NCBI GenBank assembly: GCA_965140705.1
Contig: OZ223300.1
Coordinates: 1,088,001-1,152,000, forward strand
Source: an uncultured Arcobacter sp.
GTDB lineage: Bacteria; Campylobacterota; Campylobacteria; Campylobacterales; Arcobacteraceae
Reading direction: 5' to 3'
DNA length: 64,000 bases
How positions within the stretch are numbered: position 1 is the stretch's first letter; every line of letters begins with the position of its first letter. Below the pieces are notes generated by a model. The model was given only the letters and a program-made list of their open reading frames with translations, was not told the origin of the DNA and made no database searches. Below, piece after piece: positions 1 through 10,344 of the stretch. The translations under genes and the position numbers were made by a program.

Positions 1-128
1 TTATAAGTCCCGCAGACTAGAAAATAAATTTAGAACTGGGAGGGAAGCTTTGCCTTCATTAACTCGGCAGTCTTTTTTGCTTACTTTTTCGAGACCAAAA
101 AGTAAGAAAGCGGAAACCTTTAGGTTTT
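1..128 (+). repeat. Partial copy (cut by window edge) of the dispersed structured repeat element
   Basis: 46-125 aligns to 41730-41810 with 5 mismatches and 1 gap; contains the CTTACTTTTT-CGAGACC-AAAAAGTAAG hairpin and a terminal AAACCT/AGGTTT hairpin. Confidence 0.9.
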
Positions 129-211
129 TAAGAGAGTCACTCAAACTTTCATAATAATATAACTTTACAATGCTATACTTAACACACAAAAACTCAAACT
201 AGGAATTGATT

Positions 212-571
212 ATGGTAATTAGAAAACAAACAAATGAAAGAATGAGTAGAATAGTTGAATATAGTGGGGTTATTTATTTAGCTGGAATTGTATCTGATGA
301 TAAAGACTTAGATATAAAAGGTCAGGCTCAAAGGGTGTTGGCTATGGCAGAAGAAAGATTAGCTGAAGCTGGAAGCAATAAAGACCATATCTTACGAGCT
401 GAAATATTTGTAAAAGACATCGCTAGAGATTTTGCTGGGTTTAATGAAGTTTGGGATGCTTGGGTATCAAAAGAACAGCCACCTGCACGTGCTTGTGTTG
501 AAGCAAATATGGCAAGCTCTAATACATTAGTAGAGATAATATTTACAGCAGTAAAAGCTAGAATATTATAG
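212..571 (+). CDS. RidA/YjgF/UK114 family protein (YoaB-like)
   Basis: RMSRIV, YLAG, FNEVWDAW, PPARACVEA and LVEI motifs; ATG at 212 follows AGGA. Confidence 0.9.
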   Translation: MVIRKQTNERMSRIVEYSGVIYLAGIVSDDKDLDIKGQAQRVLAMAEERLAEAGSNKDHILRAEIFVKDIARDFAGFNEVWDAWVSKEQPPARACVEANMASSNTLVEIIFTAVKARIL

Positions 572-594
572 TAAAAAGATTTTTTCTTTTTACT
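570..594 (+). terminator. Probable intrinsic terminator
   Basis: AGTAAAAAGA / TCTTTTTACT inverted repeat at the RidA stop. Confidence 0.5.
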
Positions 595-683
595 AAACAT
601 TAAAGAAATTTATTACATCTTATTTCTTCTTGAAGTATAATATTTGCATAGTATTATTTTAAATAAAATCTGGAGAACTATTT

Positions 684-1925
684 ATGAAAAGAGACACTAT
701 TATTATCGGCGCTGGAGTTGTTGGACTTATGTGTGCTTATCATTTACATAAAGCTGGACGAAAAGTAACTATTATCGATGAAGGTGATATTACTGATTGT
801 ACATCATTTGGAAATGCAGGATTATTATCTGCTTTTGATAAAGGATGTTTGGCTTATCCAGGTGTTATCTCAACTACAATGAAGCAGATGTTAAAAGGAG
901 AATCCCCTGTAAATATTCATCCTAAACTTGACCCCAAACTCTTTACTTGGCTTTTTAAATTTGCAGCAAGTGCAAATGAAAAGAGATTTAAAAGAACAGT
1001 TATGCTTTTTGAAAAGTATGGGGAAGACACTTTAAAACTATATGAGAAGATGCAAAAAGAAGATAATTTGGATTTTGATTATCATAGAAAAGGTATGCTT
1101 TCTGTATTTACAGAAGATGCAACATATGAGAAGAAGCTAAAAGAGTGTGAATCAAAAGCCAAAAAAACATATAAAATATTATCAAAAGAAGAGACAAAAG
1201 ATTATTTGCCTTGTGGAAATGAGAAAATTAAAGGTTCAATTTTATTTACTAGAAATGCGCACTTTGATCCTAAAAGAGTTATGTTAGAGACAAAAGAATT
1301 TTTAGAAAAAGAGGGTGTGGAGTTTATTTTAAATGAGAAGATTATTGATATAAAATTTTCAAACAAAAAAGTAAAATCAGTAAGTTCTGCTACAAATAAT
1401 TATGAAGCAGAGAACTTTATACTTTCAACTGGTTATCAAACACTTTTAGCAGATATTAGAAAGAAAAATTTGATGATGACACCTGCAAAAGGATATAGTA
1501 TCACTTTTTCTATGCCAAGTGAACTTAAGCCAAAAACATCAACACTATTTAGTGATTTGTTTATAGTTATGACACCAAGACGAGATAGTGTAAGACTTAC
1601 ATCAAAATTAGAACTTGGATCTACTGATACAAGTATAATAAAAAAGCAAATAGATAGTATAAAATCAAACTTTGAAAAATATACACTTCCCTTTGAGATG
1701 AAAGATATAAAAGAGTGGACAGGATTTAGACCTCTTACTCCAAATGATATACCACTATTTGGAAGAGATGAAGAGTACAAAAACTTAGTATATGCTATGG
1801 GAATGGGTTGGCTTGGTATGACCTTTGCTCCTAGTATTGGAAAAATAGTTAGAAAAATTATTACAAAAGATTTAGAGAATAAAAATAGCGATGACGTTTT
1901 ACTTTTCTCAGGTTTTTATCAATAA
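684..1925 (+). CDS. FAD-dependent D-amino acid dehydrogenase (DAO/DadA family)
   Basis: GAGVVG Rossmann motif, SFGNAG, PAKGYS, WTGFRPLTP. Confidence 0.85.
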   Translation: MKRDTIIIGAGVVGLMCAYHLHKAGRKVTIIDEGDITDCTSFGNAGLLSAFDKGCLAYPGVISTTMKQMLKGESPVNIHPKLDPKLFTWLFKFAASANEKRFKRTVMLFEKYGEDTLKLYEKMQKEDNLDFDYHRKGMLSVFTEDATYEKKLKECESKAKKTYKILSKEETKDYLPCGNEKIKGSILFTRNAHFDPKRVMLETKEFLEKEGVEFILNEKIIDIKFSNKKVKSVSSATNNYEAENFILSTGYQTLLADIRKKNLMMTPAKGYSITFSMPSELKPKTSTLFSDLFIVMTPRRDSVRLTSKLELGSTDTSIIKKQIDSIKSNFEKYTLPFEMKDIKEWTGFRPLTPNDIPLFGRDEEYKNLVYAMGMGWLGMTFAPSIGKIVRKIITKDLENKNSDDVLLFSGFYQ

Positions 1926-1947
1926 AATAAAAAATAAAAGGTTATAG

Positions 1948-3279
1948 ATGTATTCAAAACTACTATCTAGGAAGAAATATTATGGTGAGGGTAAACTCTC
2001 AGAATCAAAAAATGAAGAGTTTTATAGAAGTAGTTTCCATAAAGATTATGATAGATTGATATTTTCAAAGTCATTTAGAAGACTTTCAAAAAAAACGCAA
2101 GTTCATCCTTTATCTAAAAATGACCATGTTCACAATAGATTGACCCATAGTTTAGAAGTAGCAAGTGTGGGGAGAAGTTTAGGTTTAAGAGCTGGAGAGA
2201 TATTTAAAAGAAGTGATGAGAGTGTAAATCCTTATGATGTGGGCTACATAGTTCAAACAGCTTGTCTAGCACATGATATTGGTAATCCTCCTTTTGGTCA
2301 TGCTGGGGAAGAAGTTATTAAAGAGTGGTTTTCAAAAAATAAAGAAGAAGATTTTTTAAATGCCTTATCAAGTGATGAGTTAGATGATTTTTTAAACTTA
2401 GATGGCAATGCTCAAAGTTTTAGAATAGTATCAAAACTTGAAAACAATAGTTTTAAAGGTGGTATGAATCTTACTTTTTCTACTTTAGGAGCACTTATAA
2501 AGTATCCTTATGCTTCAAGTAATTGTAAAAAAATAGGAAAGTCAAAATTTAACTTTTTTCAAAGTGAAAAAGAGTTTTTTGAATTACTTTTTAAGGAGCT
2601 TGATTTAGTAAAAAAAGATGGAACATATATGAGACATCCACTTTCTTATTTGATGGAAGTTGCTGATGATATTTGTTATGGACTATTAGATTTACAAGAT
2701 GCCCATGAGCTCAAAATCATAACACTTAATGACACAATAAAAATCTTTGAGTATATACTAGGAAAAGAAGAGGTTGAAAATTCACTTGCAAATGAAAAGT
2801 ATGATGATTTTCAAAGATTATCAAGATTTGTTGCTTTATCAATCAACAATCTTACCAATCATGCAATGGAAAAGTTTGAAGAAAATTTAGAAAATATTTG
2901 TAGTGAAAACCAAGAAAAAGATTTATTATCATATTTTACAAATGATGATTTAAAGCAAGGATTATTAGTAGCAAAAAGACTAGGTCATGAAAAAGTATTT
3001 AATGAGACTAGAAAAGTAGAATTAGAGCTTGGTGCTTATAATATAATTGAAATCTTGTTAGACAATCTAATAAAAGCTACTTATAGATTACATATCTGTA
3101 AAGATGAAAAAAAGTTACCTTTTAAAGATCAAAGAGCTTTACAACTAATGGAAAATGATAAACCAAATAAAAATGATACCTTGTATAATATGTATCAAAG
3201 AGTGATTGATTATATCGTGGGTATGACTGATAATCATGCAAAATACATTGCCCATCAATTTATTGGTATGAGTTATTAA
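1948..3279 (+). CDS. dgt: dGTP/dNTP triphosphohydrolase (HD superfamily)
   Basis: FRRLxx[41 protein letters not shown]. Confidence 0.92.
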   Translation: MYSKLLSRKKYYGEGKLSESKNEEFYRSSFHKDYDRLIFSKSFRRLSKKTQVHPLSKNDHVHNRLTHSLEVASVGRSLGLRAGEIFKRSDESVNPYDVGYIVQTACLAHDIGNPPFGHAGEEVIKEWFSKNKEEDFLNALSSDELDDFLNLDGNAQSFRIVSKLENNSFKGGMNLTFSTLGALIKYPYASSNCKKIGKSKFNFFQSEKEFFELLFKELDLVKKDGTYMRHPLSYLMEVADDICYGLLDLQDAHELKIITLNDTIKIFEYILGKEEVENSLANEKYDDFQRLSRFVALSINNLTNHAMEKFEENLENICSENQEKDLLSYFTNDDLKQGLLVAKRLGHEKVFNETRKVELELGAYNIIEILLDNLIKATYRLHICKDEKKLPFKDQRALQLMENDKPNKNDTLYNMYQRVIDYIVGMTDNHAKYIAHQFIGMSY

Positions 3280-3283
3280 ATAC

Positions 3284-3532
3284 TTATTGTAATAACTCAT
3301 AAGGCTCTATATTAAATAATTTAGCTAATTTATATATATGCTCCAAATTAAAATGTTTGCCATATCTTAAATTCTCACAATTAGAATAGAAAGCTACAGA
3401 TGTTATTCCTATCTCTAAGGCTACATCTAATTGTTTTAATCCATGCTCTAGTCTCCTTTGTTTTATGTTTTTTGATACACTTTTATAGAAATCTATCACC
3501 TCTGTTTCTGTGCTGTTAGAAAAGATATTCAT
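3284..3532 (-). CDS. XRE-family HTH transcriptional regulator
   Basis: NIKQRRLEHGLKQLDVALEIG...SNCEN...FNLEHIYKLAKLFNI is an HTH_3 pattern. Confidence 0.85.
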   Translation of the reverse strand: MNIFSNSTETEVIDFYKSVSKNIKQRRLEHGLKQLDVALEIGITSVAFYSNCENLRYGKHFNLEHIYKLAKLFNIEPYELLQ

Positions 3533-3536
3533 TTTT

Positions 3537-3606
3537 TATCCTATAGGATATTGTAAAATTACTACTATATAGTTATAATTTATTTTTTTCTTTACTCCAT
3601 AGGATA
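3537..3606. promoter_or_regulatory. Candidate operator boxes of the XRE gene
   Basis: Perfect palindrome TATCCTATAGGATA (3537-3550) over the RBS, ACTATATAGT (3564-3573), and related TACTCCATAGGATA (3593-3606). Confidence 0.5.
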
Positions 3607-3813
3607 AATTTTGATAATTAATGAGAAAGATTATTATAATTATTAAACTTTGAAGTAAAAAGAGATAAATTATATATAAAAATGCTTTTGTATGCAAAGT
3701 TTTAAAAGTACTTGCCCGTCTAATCTTGTGAAAATTATATTTATCGTTAAACCTATTATTATAAATTGAATAAAGGAATAAATAATGAAATTAACAATTA
3801 AAAAGTCAATAAA

Positions 3814-4125
3814 ATGCATGATTATAATTTTTTAACTCAAGAAGAATTTAAACTTCAAGAATTGAAAAAAAAGATACAAAAAACTACTAATGAGTGGAAA
3901 TACCCCTTATATGAAATATACACGATGTCTACTGGAACTTTACTAAATATTGAGACTTGTAAAGTTGATGAACTTATGTATAAAAATACCCTTGAAATAA
4001 CAAATAAAAAAATAAAACACTTAATATCAATAATAGATACTTTTAATTCAATTGAGATTGATAATATTATAATGAATAATTCAACTACAAATAATTATAT
4101 ATTTATTAGGAGGTTCACTCTATAA
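3814..4125 (+). CDS. Hypothetical protein, possibly a frameshifted remnant
   Basis: 103-aa ORF; the best RBS (AAGGAA) precedes an out-of-frame ATG at 3785. Confidence 0.35.
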   Translation: MHDYNFLTQEEFKLQELKKKIQKTTNEWKYPLYEIYTMSTGTLLNIETCKVDELMYKNTLEITNKKIKHLISIIDTFNSIEIDNIIMNNSTTNNYIFIRRFTL

Positions 4126-4350
4126 AATATTATATTTCGAGTATAAATGTTTATAATTAAAGGTAATTAATGAAACTACTAAGTTAATATAATATTAATA
4201 ATTAAATAAGTTATAAGATAAATAAGACTAGAATGAAAAGTTTACCCCAAAAAATAGACTATTTTGCTAGTAAAAATTATTTATTTTTATTAATTTATAT
4301 AATTAAATAATAAATTTTATAATTAAATAAGTTTAGATTAAGGAAAAAGT

Positions 4351-6678
4351 ATGTTTAAAAATATGACAATTAAGATGAAGTTAGTCTCTTCATTTATTTT
4401 AATAGTTGGTTTGATTATCTGTTTAGCAGGATATAGTATATATTCAGTTGATAAATCAGGTGATGGATTTAATTCATATAGGGCAATGGCAAAAGATACT
4501 GTCCTTTCTTCCCGTGTGCAAGCAAATATGTTAGAGGCAAGAATTAGCGTCATTAAGTATTTGAATTCAGATTCACAAAAGGATATAGATACATTCGAAA
4601 AGTCTTATAAAGAGACAAAAAAATATCTTGATATAGCAAAAAAAGAGATCCAAAATCCAACTCGTGCTTCAAAAGTATTGGAAATGGGAAATGATTTAAG
4701 TGCATACAAAGATAGCTTTTATGAAGCCGTTAAATATACAAAAGAAAAAGATAGAATATTGACTACTATATTAAATGTAGATGGTAAAAAAATAGAAATT
4801 ATATTATCTTCTGTTTTTAAAGCCACCAAAAATGAGAATGACCATGAAGCTTCTTATATTACTGGTACGGCAATTAGAAGTTTATTATTAGCACGACTTT
4901 ATACATTGAAGTTTTTAGAGACTGAGTCTAAAGATGACTATAATAGGGTAGAAAGTGAATTTAATATTTTGTCTAAAAATTTAACTTCATTAAAAGATAC
5001 TATAAAAAACAGTAGTAGAATAACTCAACTTAATGAATCAATTGATTTAATACAAAGATATACAAAAGCAGTTGCAGATATATATAATGATACTCTTAAA
5101 AGAAGAGAAATAGTTGATGGAAAATTAAATGTTTTAGGTCCTAAAATTGCAGACTTAAGTGAAGAAGTTAAATTATCAATTAAAGCAGATCAAGATTTAA
5201 TTGGACCAGCTGTAAAGAAATTGAATTCAAATATAAAATCATTGATTACAACAATATCTATAATAATATTAGCTCTAGCAATCTTTTTAGCAGTAGTATT
5301 ACCAAGAAATATAGCTAACTTATTAAGTACTTTTCAGGCAGGATTAATAGATTTCTTTAAATACTTAAACCGAGAAATATCAGAAGTAGAGTTGATAAAA
5401 ATTGATTCAACAGATGAATTTGGAATGATGGCAAAAGTAGTAAATGAAAATATAGAGAAGACAAAAATAGGAATAGAAGAAGATAGAAAATTAATAGATG
5501 AAACTATTACAGTTTTAGGAGAGTTTGAACAAGGTGATTTAGTACAAAGACTAGATATAAGTGTGTCAAATCCAGCATTAATGCAACTAAAAGATGTATT
5601 AAATAAAATGGCAGATACTCTAGAAAATAATATTAATAATGTATTAGATATTGTGGAAGAGTACTCTTCATATAATTATTTAAATAAAATATCTACAAAA
5701 GGTATAAAAGAGCATATTTTAAAATTAGCATCTGGAATAAATAATTTAGGTGATTCTATAACAGAAATGTTACTTGAAAATAAATCAAATGGATTGACTC
5801 TAGATAAAAGTTCGAATACTTTGTTAAAAAATGTGGATAAATTAAATCAAAGTTCAAATGAAGCAGCAAGCTCATTGGAAGAGACAGCAGCAGCTTTGGA
5901 AGAGATAACAAGTAATATAAGAAGTAATACAGAAAATATAGCAAAAATGTCTGCATTATCAACAGGATTAACAAAATCAGCAAATGAAGGGGAAGCATTA
6001 GCAAATGATACTACCTTGGCTATGGAAGAGATAAATGCACAAGTTACAGCAATAAAAGAAGCAATCACAGTAATTGATCAAATAGCTTTCCAAACAAATA
6101 TCCTAAGTCTAAATGCAGCAGTAGAAGCAGCAACAGCAGGAGAAGCAGGGAAAGGTTTTGCAGTAGTTGCGGGGGAAGTAAGAAATCTAGCTTCAAGAAG
6201 TGCAGAAGCAGCAAGTGAAATAAAATCCCTAGTAGAAAATGCTACAAATAAAGCAAATGATGGGAAAAGTATAGCAGGAAAGATGATATCAGGATATAAA
6301 GCACTAAATGAAAGTATTCTAGAAACTACAAACATAATATCAGATGTAGATGCAGCTTCAAAAGAGCAACTTTCAGGAATAGAACAAATTAATGATGCAG
6401 TAAATGAATTAGATCAACAAACTCAACAAAATGCGATGGTAGCTTCTGAAACACAGGATATAGCAATCTTAACGGATGAAATAGCTAAACTAATTGTTAG
6501 TGATGCAAACAATAAAGAGTTTGCTGGAAAAGAGAATGTAAAAGCTAAATCATCAGAGAATAAAGTAAAAGATACCCTTCCAGTTAAAAAGGAAGTAAAA
6601 AAAGAAAAAGTTAAAGAAGTGAAAAATGAAGTAATAAAATCACAAAAAGATGATAGTGATGAGTGGGAGAGCTTTTAG
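4351..6678 (+). CDS. Methyl-accepting chemotaxis protein
   Basis: Two TM segments around a large helical sensor domain; [37 protein letters not shown] hairpin; C-terminal EWESF pentapeptide. Confidence 0.95.
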   Translation: MFKNMTIKMKLVSSFILIVGLIICLAGYSIYSVDKSGDGFNSYRAMAKDTVLSSRVQANMLEARISVIKYLNSDSQKDIDTFEKSYKETKKYLDIAKKEIQNPTRASKVLEMGNDLSAYKDSFYEAVKYTKEKDRILTTILNVDGKKIEIILSSVFKATKNENDHEASYITGTAIRSLLLARLYTLKFLETESKDDYNRVESEFNILSKNLTSLKDTIKNSSRITQLNESIDLIQRYTKAVADIYNDTLKRREIVDGKLNVLGPKIADLSEEVKLSIKADQDLIGPAVKKLNSNIKSLITTISIIILALAIFLAVVLPRNIANLLSTFQAGLIDFFKYLNREISEVELIKIDSTDEFGMMAKVVNENIEKTKIGIEEDRKLIDETITVLGEFEQGDLVQRLDISVSNPALMQLKDVLNKMADTLENNINNVLDIVEEYSSYNYLNKISTKGIKEHILKLASGINNLGDSITEMLLENKSNGLTLDKSSNTLLKNVDKLNQSSNEAASSLEETAAALEEITSNIRSNTENIAKMSALSTGLTKSANEGEALANDTTLAMEEINAQVTAIKEAITVIDQIAFQTNILSLNAAVEAATAGEAGKGFAVVAGEVRNLASRSAEAASEIKSLVENATNKANDGKSIAGKMISGYKALNESILETTNIISDVDAASKEQLSGIEQINDAVNELDQQTQQNAMVASETQDIAILTDEIAKLIVSDANNKEFAGKENVKAKSSENKVKDTLPVKKEVKKEKVKEVKNEVIKSQKDDSDEWESF

Positions 6679-6684
6679 GCTCTC

Positions 6685-7320
6685 TTATTTAAAATTTCTT
6701 CTTTTTATTTCATTTCTTAAATCATTAAATTTAAAACGACTTTTCATAAGTTTTAGACAATCTTTATGAATAAGTATCTCTTTTTCATCAAAAGAGTTGG
6801 CATTGTCTTTTAGCTTTTTGTATATGTCTTCCAACTCCACATCACTAAATTCATCTGCTGAACCTTCATAATTAATATCTTCAATCTCTTTTATATCTTT
6901 AGGCATTTTAAAATCACTATAATAAAGCAACTCTTTAGTTACGCCCCAATATCTAAGACCTAATTTATTATAAAACTTAATAGAGTTATTTACACTATAT
7001 AATTTGCATCTTTCAATTTTATTTGGCTTTACTGAAGAAAAAAGAAATTTTAATAATTTGTATGCATAACCATTTCTTCTATATTTAAAGGGAGTTAAAA
7101 TATTGTTTATTGTTAGATATTTGTTGTTTTTAGAAATATTATAAAAAAGATATGTAACATGACAGTTATTTACTTTTAGTGCAAGGGGTGGAAATTTTTC
7201 CCAACTATAATAGTTGTCCCACAAGTCAAGTGCATTTTTTAAAAACTTTAAATTCTCAAAGTTACTTAGTTTTTGTACTGATTCTAAATATTCATCTCTA
7301 TTTAGAGTTACAACTTCCAA
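6685..7320 (-). CDS. GNAT-family acetyltransferase
   Basis: YRRNGYAYKLL motif A and SIKFYNKLG motif B. Confidence 0.7.
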   Translation of the reverse strand: MEVVTLNRDEYLESVQKLSNFENLKFLKNALDLWDNYYSWEKFPPLALKVNNCHVTYLFYNISKNNKYLTINNILTPFKYRRNGYAYKLLKFLFSSVKPNKIERCKLYSVNNSIKFYNKLGLRYWGVTKELLYYSDFKMPKDIKEIEDINYEGSADEFSDVELEDIYKKLKDNANSFDEKEILIHKDCLKLMKSRFKFNDLRNEIKRRNFK

Positions 7321-7322
7321 AA

Positions 7323-7589
7323 CTAATGTTCTTTATGTTCGTCTATTAAGCTCATAATCTTCTCATAAACTTCACTTGCTTGAGTATCATTGATTTGATT
7401 GGTATTAATTGACTCAACGATATTTTGTAGTTCTACCATGAAAGATTCCATCTCTTTTATAGCCTCTAAGTCATCTTCTGTCGCCTCGTTATTTTCTAAT
7501 AGTTCTAATAACTCTTCCAGATATTTTTCAACTTCTGGTAACATTGTTACTTCGACAACTTCTTTTAACTCATTTTTAATATTGGACAT
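7323..7589 (-). CDS. Small acidic hypothetical protein
   Basis: 88-aa ORF with RBS, in a minus-strand run. Confidence 0.7.
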   Translation of the reverse strand: MSNIKNELKEVVEVTMLPEVEKYLEELLELLENNEATEDDLEAIKEMESFMVELQNIVESINTNQINDTQASEVYEKIMSLIDEHKEH

Positions 7590-7620
7590 TTTTAGCCTTT
7601 TAATTAATTATTCAATTATT

Positions 7621-8037
7621 TTAAAATACAAAAGCAATATCTGCTATGGAAATATTATACATTAAAACATTTGTATTATCAGAATCAATAACACTATATT
7701 TTATAGTCAAATCATTTGGATTTTCAATTTCTTGATGATTTTCTACAAATTTTTTGTATCTATTTTCATCTATTATTGAATATATAAAAAGTACTTTTTC
7801 TTTAAATTTATCATTATTTATATATAAAGCGAATACTTCAGGTTGTTTTTCAGCGTCATATTTATTTATAAAATTTGTAGTATACATATTTTCTACTAGA
7901 TCATTTTTTTTATACTCTTTTGAATTATATGTATAATAATCATCTGCTAATATTTCTTCTAATTCATTTGATATTTCAAAATAATTAAATTTACTATAAT
8001 TATTATTTTCTTCAATTAAATATTTATTTTCAATCAT
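7621..8037 (-). CDS. Hypothetical protein
   Basis: 138-aa ORF with AAGGAG RBS. Confidence 0.7.
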   Translation of the reverse strand: MIENKYLIEENNNYSKFNYFEISNELEEILADDYYTYNSKEYKKNDLVENMYTTNFINKYDAEKQPEVFALYINNDKFKEKVLFIYSIIDENRYKKFVENHQEIENPNDLTIKYSVIDSDNTNVLMYNISIADIAFVF

Positions 8038-8079
8038 AAATCTCCTTTTTTAAATAAATATTATATCAAATATTACTTA

Positions 8080-8421
8080 GTGTTATTAAAAAGTATAATC
8101 CTTGAAAATATGTCTTTTCAAAAGTTGATACCTCTATATGACAAAGAAGAGGTTTTATTTTATCTTGACCCACCATATGTAAGTACTGAGAGCTACTATA
8201 AAAATACAGGTGGATTTGGTATCAAAGAGCATAAAGAATTAGCAGCACTGTTGTCACAAGTAAAAGGTAAGTTTTTACTCTCTTATAATGACTGTGAGCT
8301 AGTTCGTGAGTTATATAAAGATTTTAAGATAGTAAGTAGTAAAGAGATAGAGTACACGCTGGGTAAAAATATGCATGGGAAGAATAAAAGTGTTCGGGAG
8401 GTTTTTGTTATGAATTATTAG
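8080..8421 (+). pseudogene. C-terminal fragment of a D12-class DNA adenine methyltransferase
   Basis: LFYLDPPY catalytic motif and GKFLLSYND present; N-terminal SAM-binding motif absent; no RBS. Confidence 0.85.
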
Positions 8422-8446
8422 AATGAAACTTTAGGGTTTCATTCTA
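8419..8446. terminator. Hairpin between convergent genes
   Basis: TAGAATGAAAC / GTTTCATTCTA 11-bp inverted repeat. Confidence 0.55.
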
Positions 8447-8898
8447 TTATTACTACTTGTATGATTTTGATTATTTTCAATATGTTTTTTTGCCATTCTT
8501 GATACATCTTCAAGTGCTGCATCTTCTCTTGCTTTAGCTAATTTATGAAGTTCTTTAAGGTTGTTAATATACTTGTTAAAATTTAAATCAAATAATAGGG
8601 CAGAGTCATATAAAAAAAGTATTCTTTGATGTATAGCACTTAAAACACATGGTATATTGTTAGTTCCACACAAAATAGTATTTGCACCAATAGACTCAGC
8701 AAATGCACATAATTCTTGATATGTAGATGTAGGGTAGGTTTTATTTTCTTCTAATATCTGATTAAGTTTTTCTGATATTAAATTATATATTGCTTCTTTA
8801 GTAATACAACACATAACTCTTCCTTTACTAATACCTAGTTGAATGGCATAAGCTTTTAAGGCTATTAAATCACACTCTTCTCTCACTGATTGTTCCAT
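8431..8898 (-). CDS. Hypothetical protein with two short helical repeats (Rho_N/HeH-like)
   Basis: AAGGAG RBS before ATG at 8898; DLIALKAYAIQLGI and TYQELCAFAESIGA repeats. Confidence 0.55.
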   Translation of the reverse strand: MEQSVREECDLIALKAYAIQLGISKGRVMCCITKEAIYNLISEKLNQILEENKTYPTSTYQELCAFAESIGANTILCGTNNIPCVLSAIHQRILFLYDSALLFDLNFNKYINNLKELHKLAKAREDAALEDVSRMAKKHIENNQNHTSSNNRMKP

Positions 8899-8908
8899 CT
8901 TTTCTCCT

Positions 8909-9631
8909 TTAATTTTCATTTTTAAAATATTGTTTCATAAGTGATTTAGTTGAAGATGCTTCTTCTATTAATAAAGGCATAACTTCTATAAGTGTTCTTG
9001 ATGCTGAATAGTATTCTTCAAGTATATTCGCCATTTCTAGTATTTTTATATTTTCTATAGTGTTATACTGCAAATAAGCATCTTTATCTCTATGCGCTAT
9101 ACTTATATTTCTTATATCTTTAAATCTAAAATTAGCTTTTTTTTGAGCTTTACTCATTTGTCTAAATGCGTTTACTAATTTTTCTCTCAAATCTTTAGAT
9201 ATGCTAGAATCATCATATATTTCTTGGAGTTCTTTTGCATTTAATACTTTTGATAAATCTCTTTCATGTATTGTAAGAATCATAATTCTTAATGAAAGGT
9301 TTCTTTTTACTGGGTTTTTGTGAGTGAATGCATCTGTATGCATAGATTGAATATCTCTTTCAGCAAGTAGAATGTATGCTGAAAAATTAAATAGTTTTGC
9401 TAAATTAGGAAATTTGTTTTTGTCAATTCTTTCTTGTTCTTTTATTACTGCTTTTAAAGCACTTTCGATTACTTTTGTCTTTTTAGAGTTTTTAAATTTT
9501 AATTCAATTCTTAATTTAAATAAAAGAATTCTTTCTAAATAAGGGGCTAATTTTTTAAGTTTTTTGTATGTATTAAATCTTGACCATCTTTCAATAACAT
9601 TTTTAGGCTTACTAAGTAATTTGTTTTTCAT
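8909..9631 (-). CDS. Putative HEPN-domain protein (AbiU2-like)
   Basis: Helical-looking protein with KDIRNISIAHRD, an R-N-x4-H motif. Confidence 0.6.
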   Translation of the reverse strand: MKNKLLSKPKNVIERWSRFNTYKKLKKLAPYLERILLFKLRIELKFKNSKKTKVIESALKAVIKEQERIDKNKFPNLAKLFNFSAYILLAERDIQSMHTDAFTHKNPVKRNLSLRIMILTIHERDLSKVLNAKELQEIYDDSSISKDLREKLVNAFRQMSKAQKKANFRFKDIRNISIAHRDKDAYLQYNTIENIKILEMANILEEYYSASRTLIEVMPLLIEEASSTKSLMKQYFKNEN

Positions 9632-9707
9632 TTATACACTTTATTTATATATAAAATTATTATAACTATTTGTTGATAAAATGTTAGCAAAAAAATAAAG
9701 AGTTTGC

Positions 9708-10343
9708 ATGAACTATATAGAAAAATTAAAAGACATATTATCTGAAGAGCATGGTGATAAAAAAGTATTAGACAAAGATGTTGCTGCAGCTCTTGGAATA
9801 GAAGAGGCTAACTTTAGAAAACAAAAGCATCGCAATAGTATCCCATACTTTGAGATTATGAGCTTCTTAGCTAAAAGAAACATAAGTATCAATTGGTTCT
9901 TCTTTAACCAACTTCCTGAGTCCCTGATTGAATCTACATCAAACTATATAATACTAAAGTATCAAAGAACTGTTACAGCTTCAGCTGGAGGTGGAGCTAT
10001 AAACTATGAACTTGACTCAACTCCACTTGTAATAGATAAACAATTATTAGACCATATTAATAGTAGCTACAAATATACTGAAGTATTAAAAGTATTTGGA
10101 GAGTCCATGGAACCTGATATAAAAGATGAAAGCCTAGTCTTTATAGATAAGAGTAAAACAGATATAAATAGTACAGGTGTATATCTAATCAATACAAATG
10201 ATGGTTTATATATTAAATGTATTAAAGTAGAAAATGATAAAGTTATTCTAAAATCAAATAACCAAGCTTTTGATGATATAACATTACATATAGATGATGT
10301 GGATATTGTTGGTAGAGTTTGTGGTGTACTTATAAAGGTATAA
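9708..10343 (+). CDS. Phage CI-like repressor with S24 peptidase domain
   Basis: N-terminal HTH, ASAGGG cleavage region, VFGESMEP serine motif, YIK lysine, IVGRV end. Confidence 0.9.
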   Translation: MNYIEKLKDILSEEHGDKKVLDKDVAAALGIEEANFRKQKHRNSIPYFEIMSFLAKRNISINWFFFNQLPESLIESTSNYIILKYQRTVTASAGGGAINYELDSTPLVIDKQLLDHINSSYKYTEVLKVFGESMEPDIKDESLVFIDKSKTDINSTGVYLINTNDGLYIKCIKVENDKVILKSNNQAFDDITLHIDDVDIVGRVCGVLIKV

Positions 10344-10344
10344 G

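Noticed and set aside
1..189. 62-aa minus-strand ORF
   Set aside because: It translates the structured repeat; no RBS or recognisable protein features
4298..4330. TATAATTAAATAA direct repeat upstream of the MCP gene
   Set aside because: Pure A/T sequence in a very AT-rich region; cannot be told from chance
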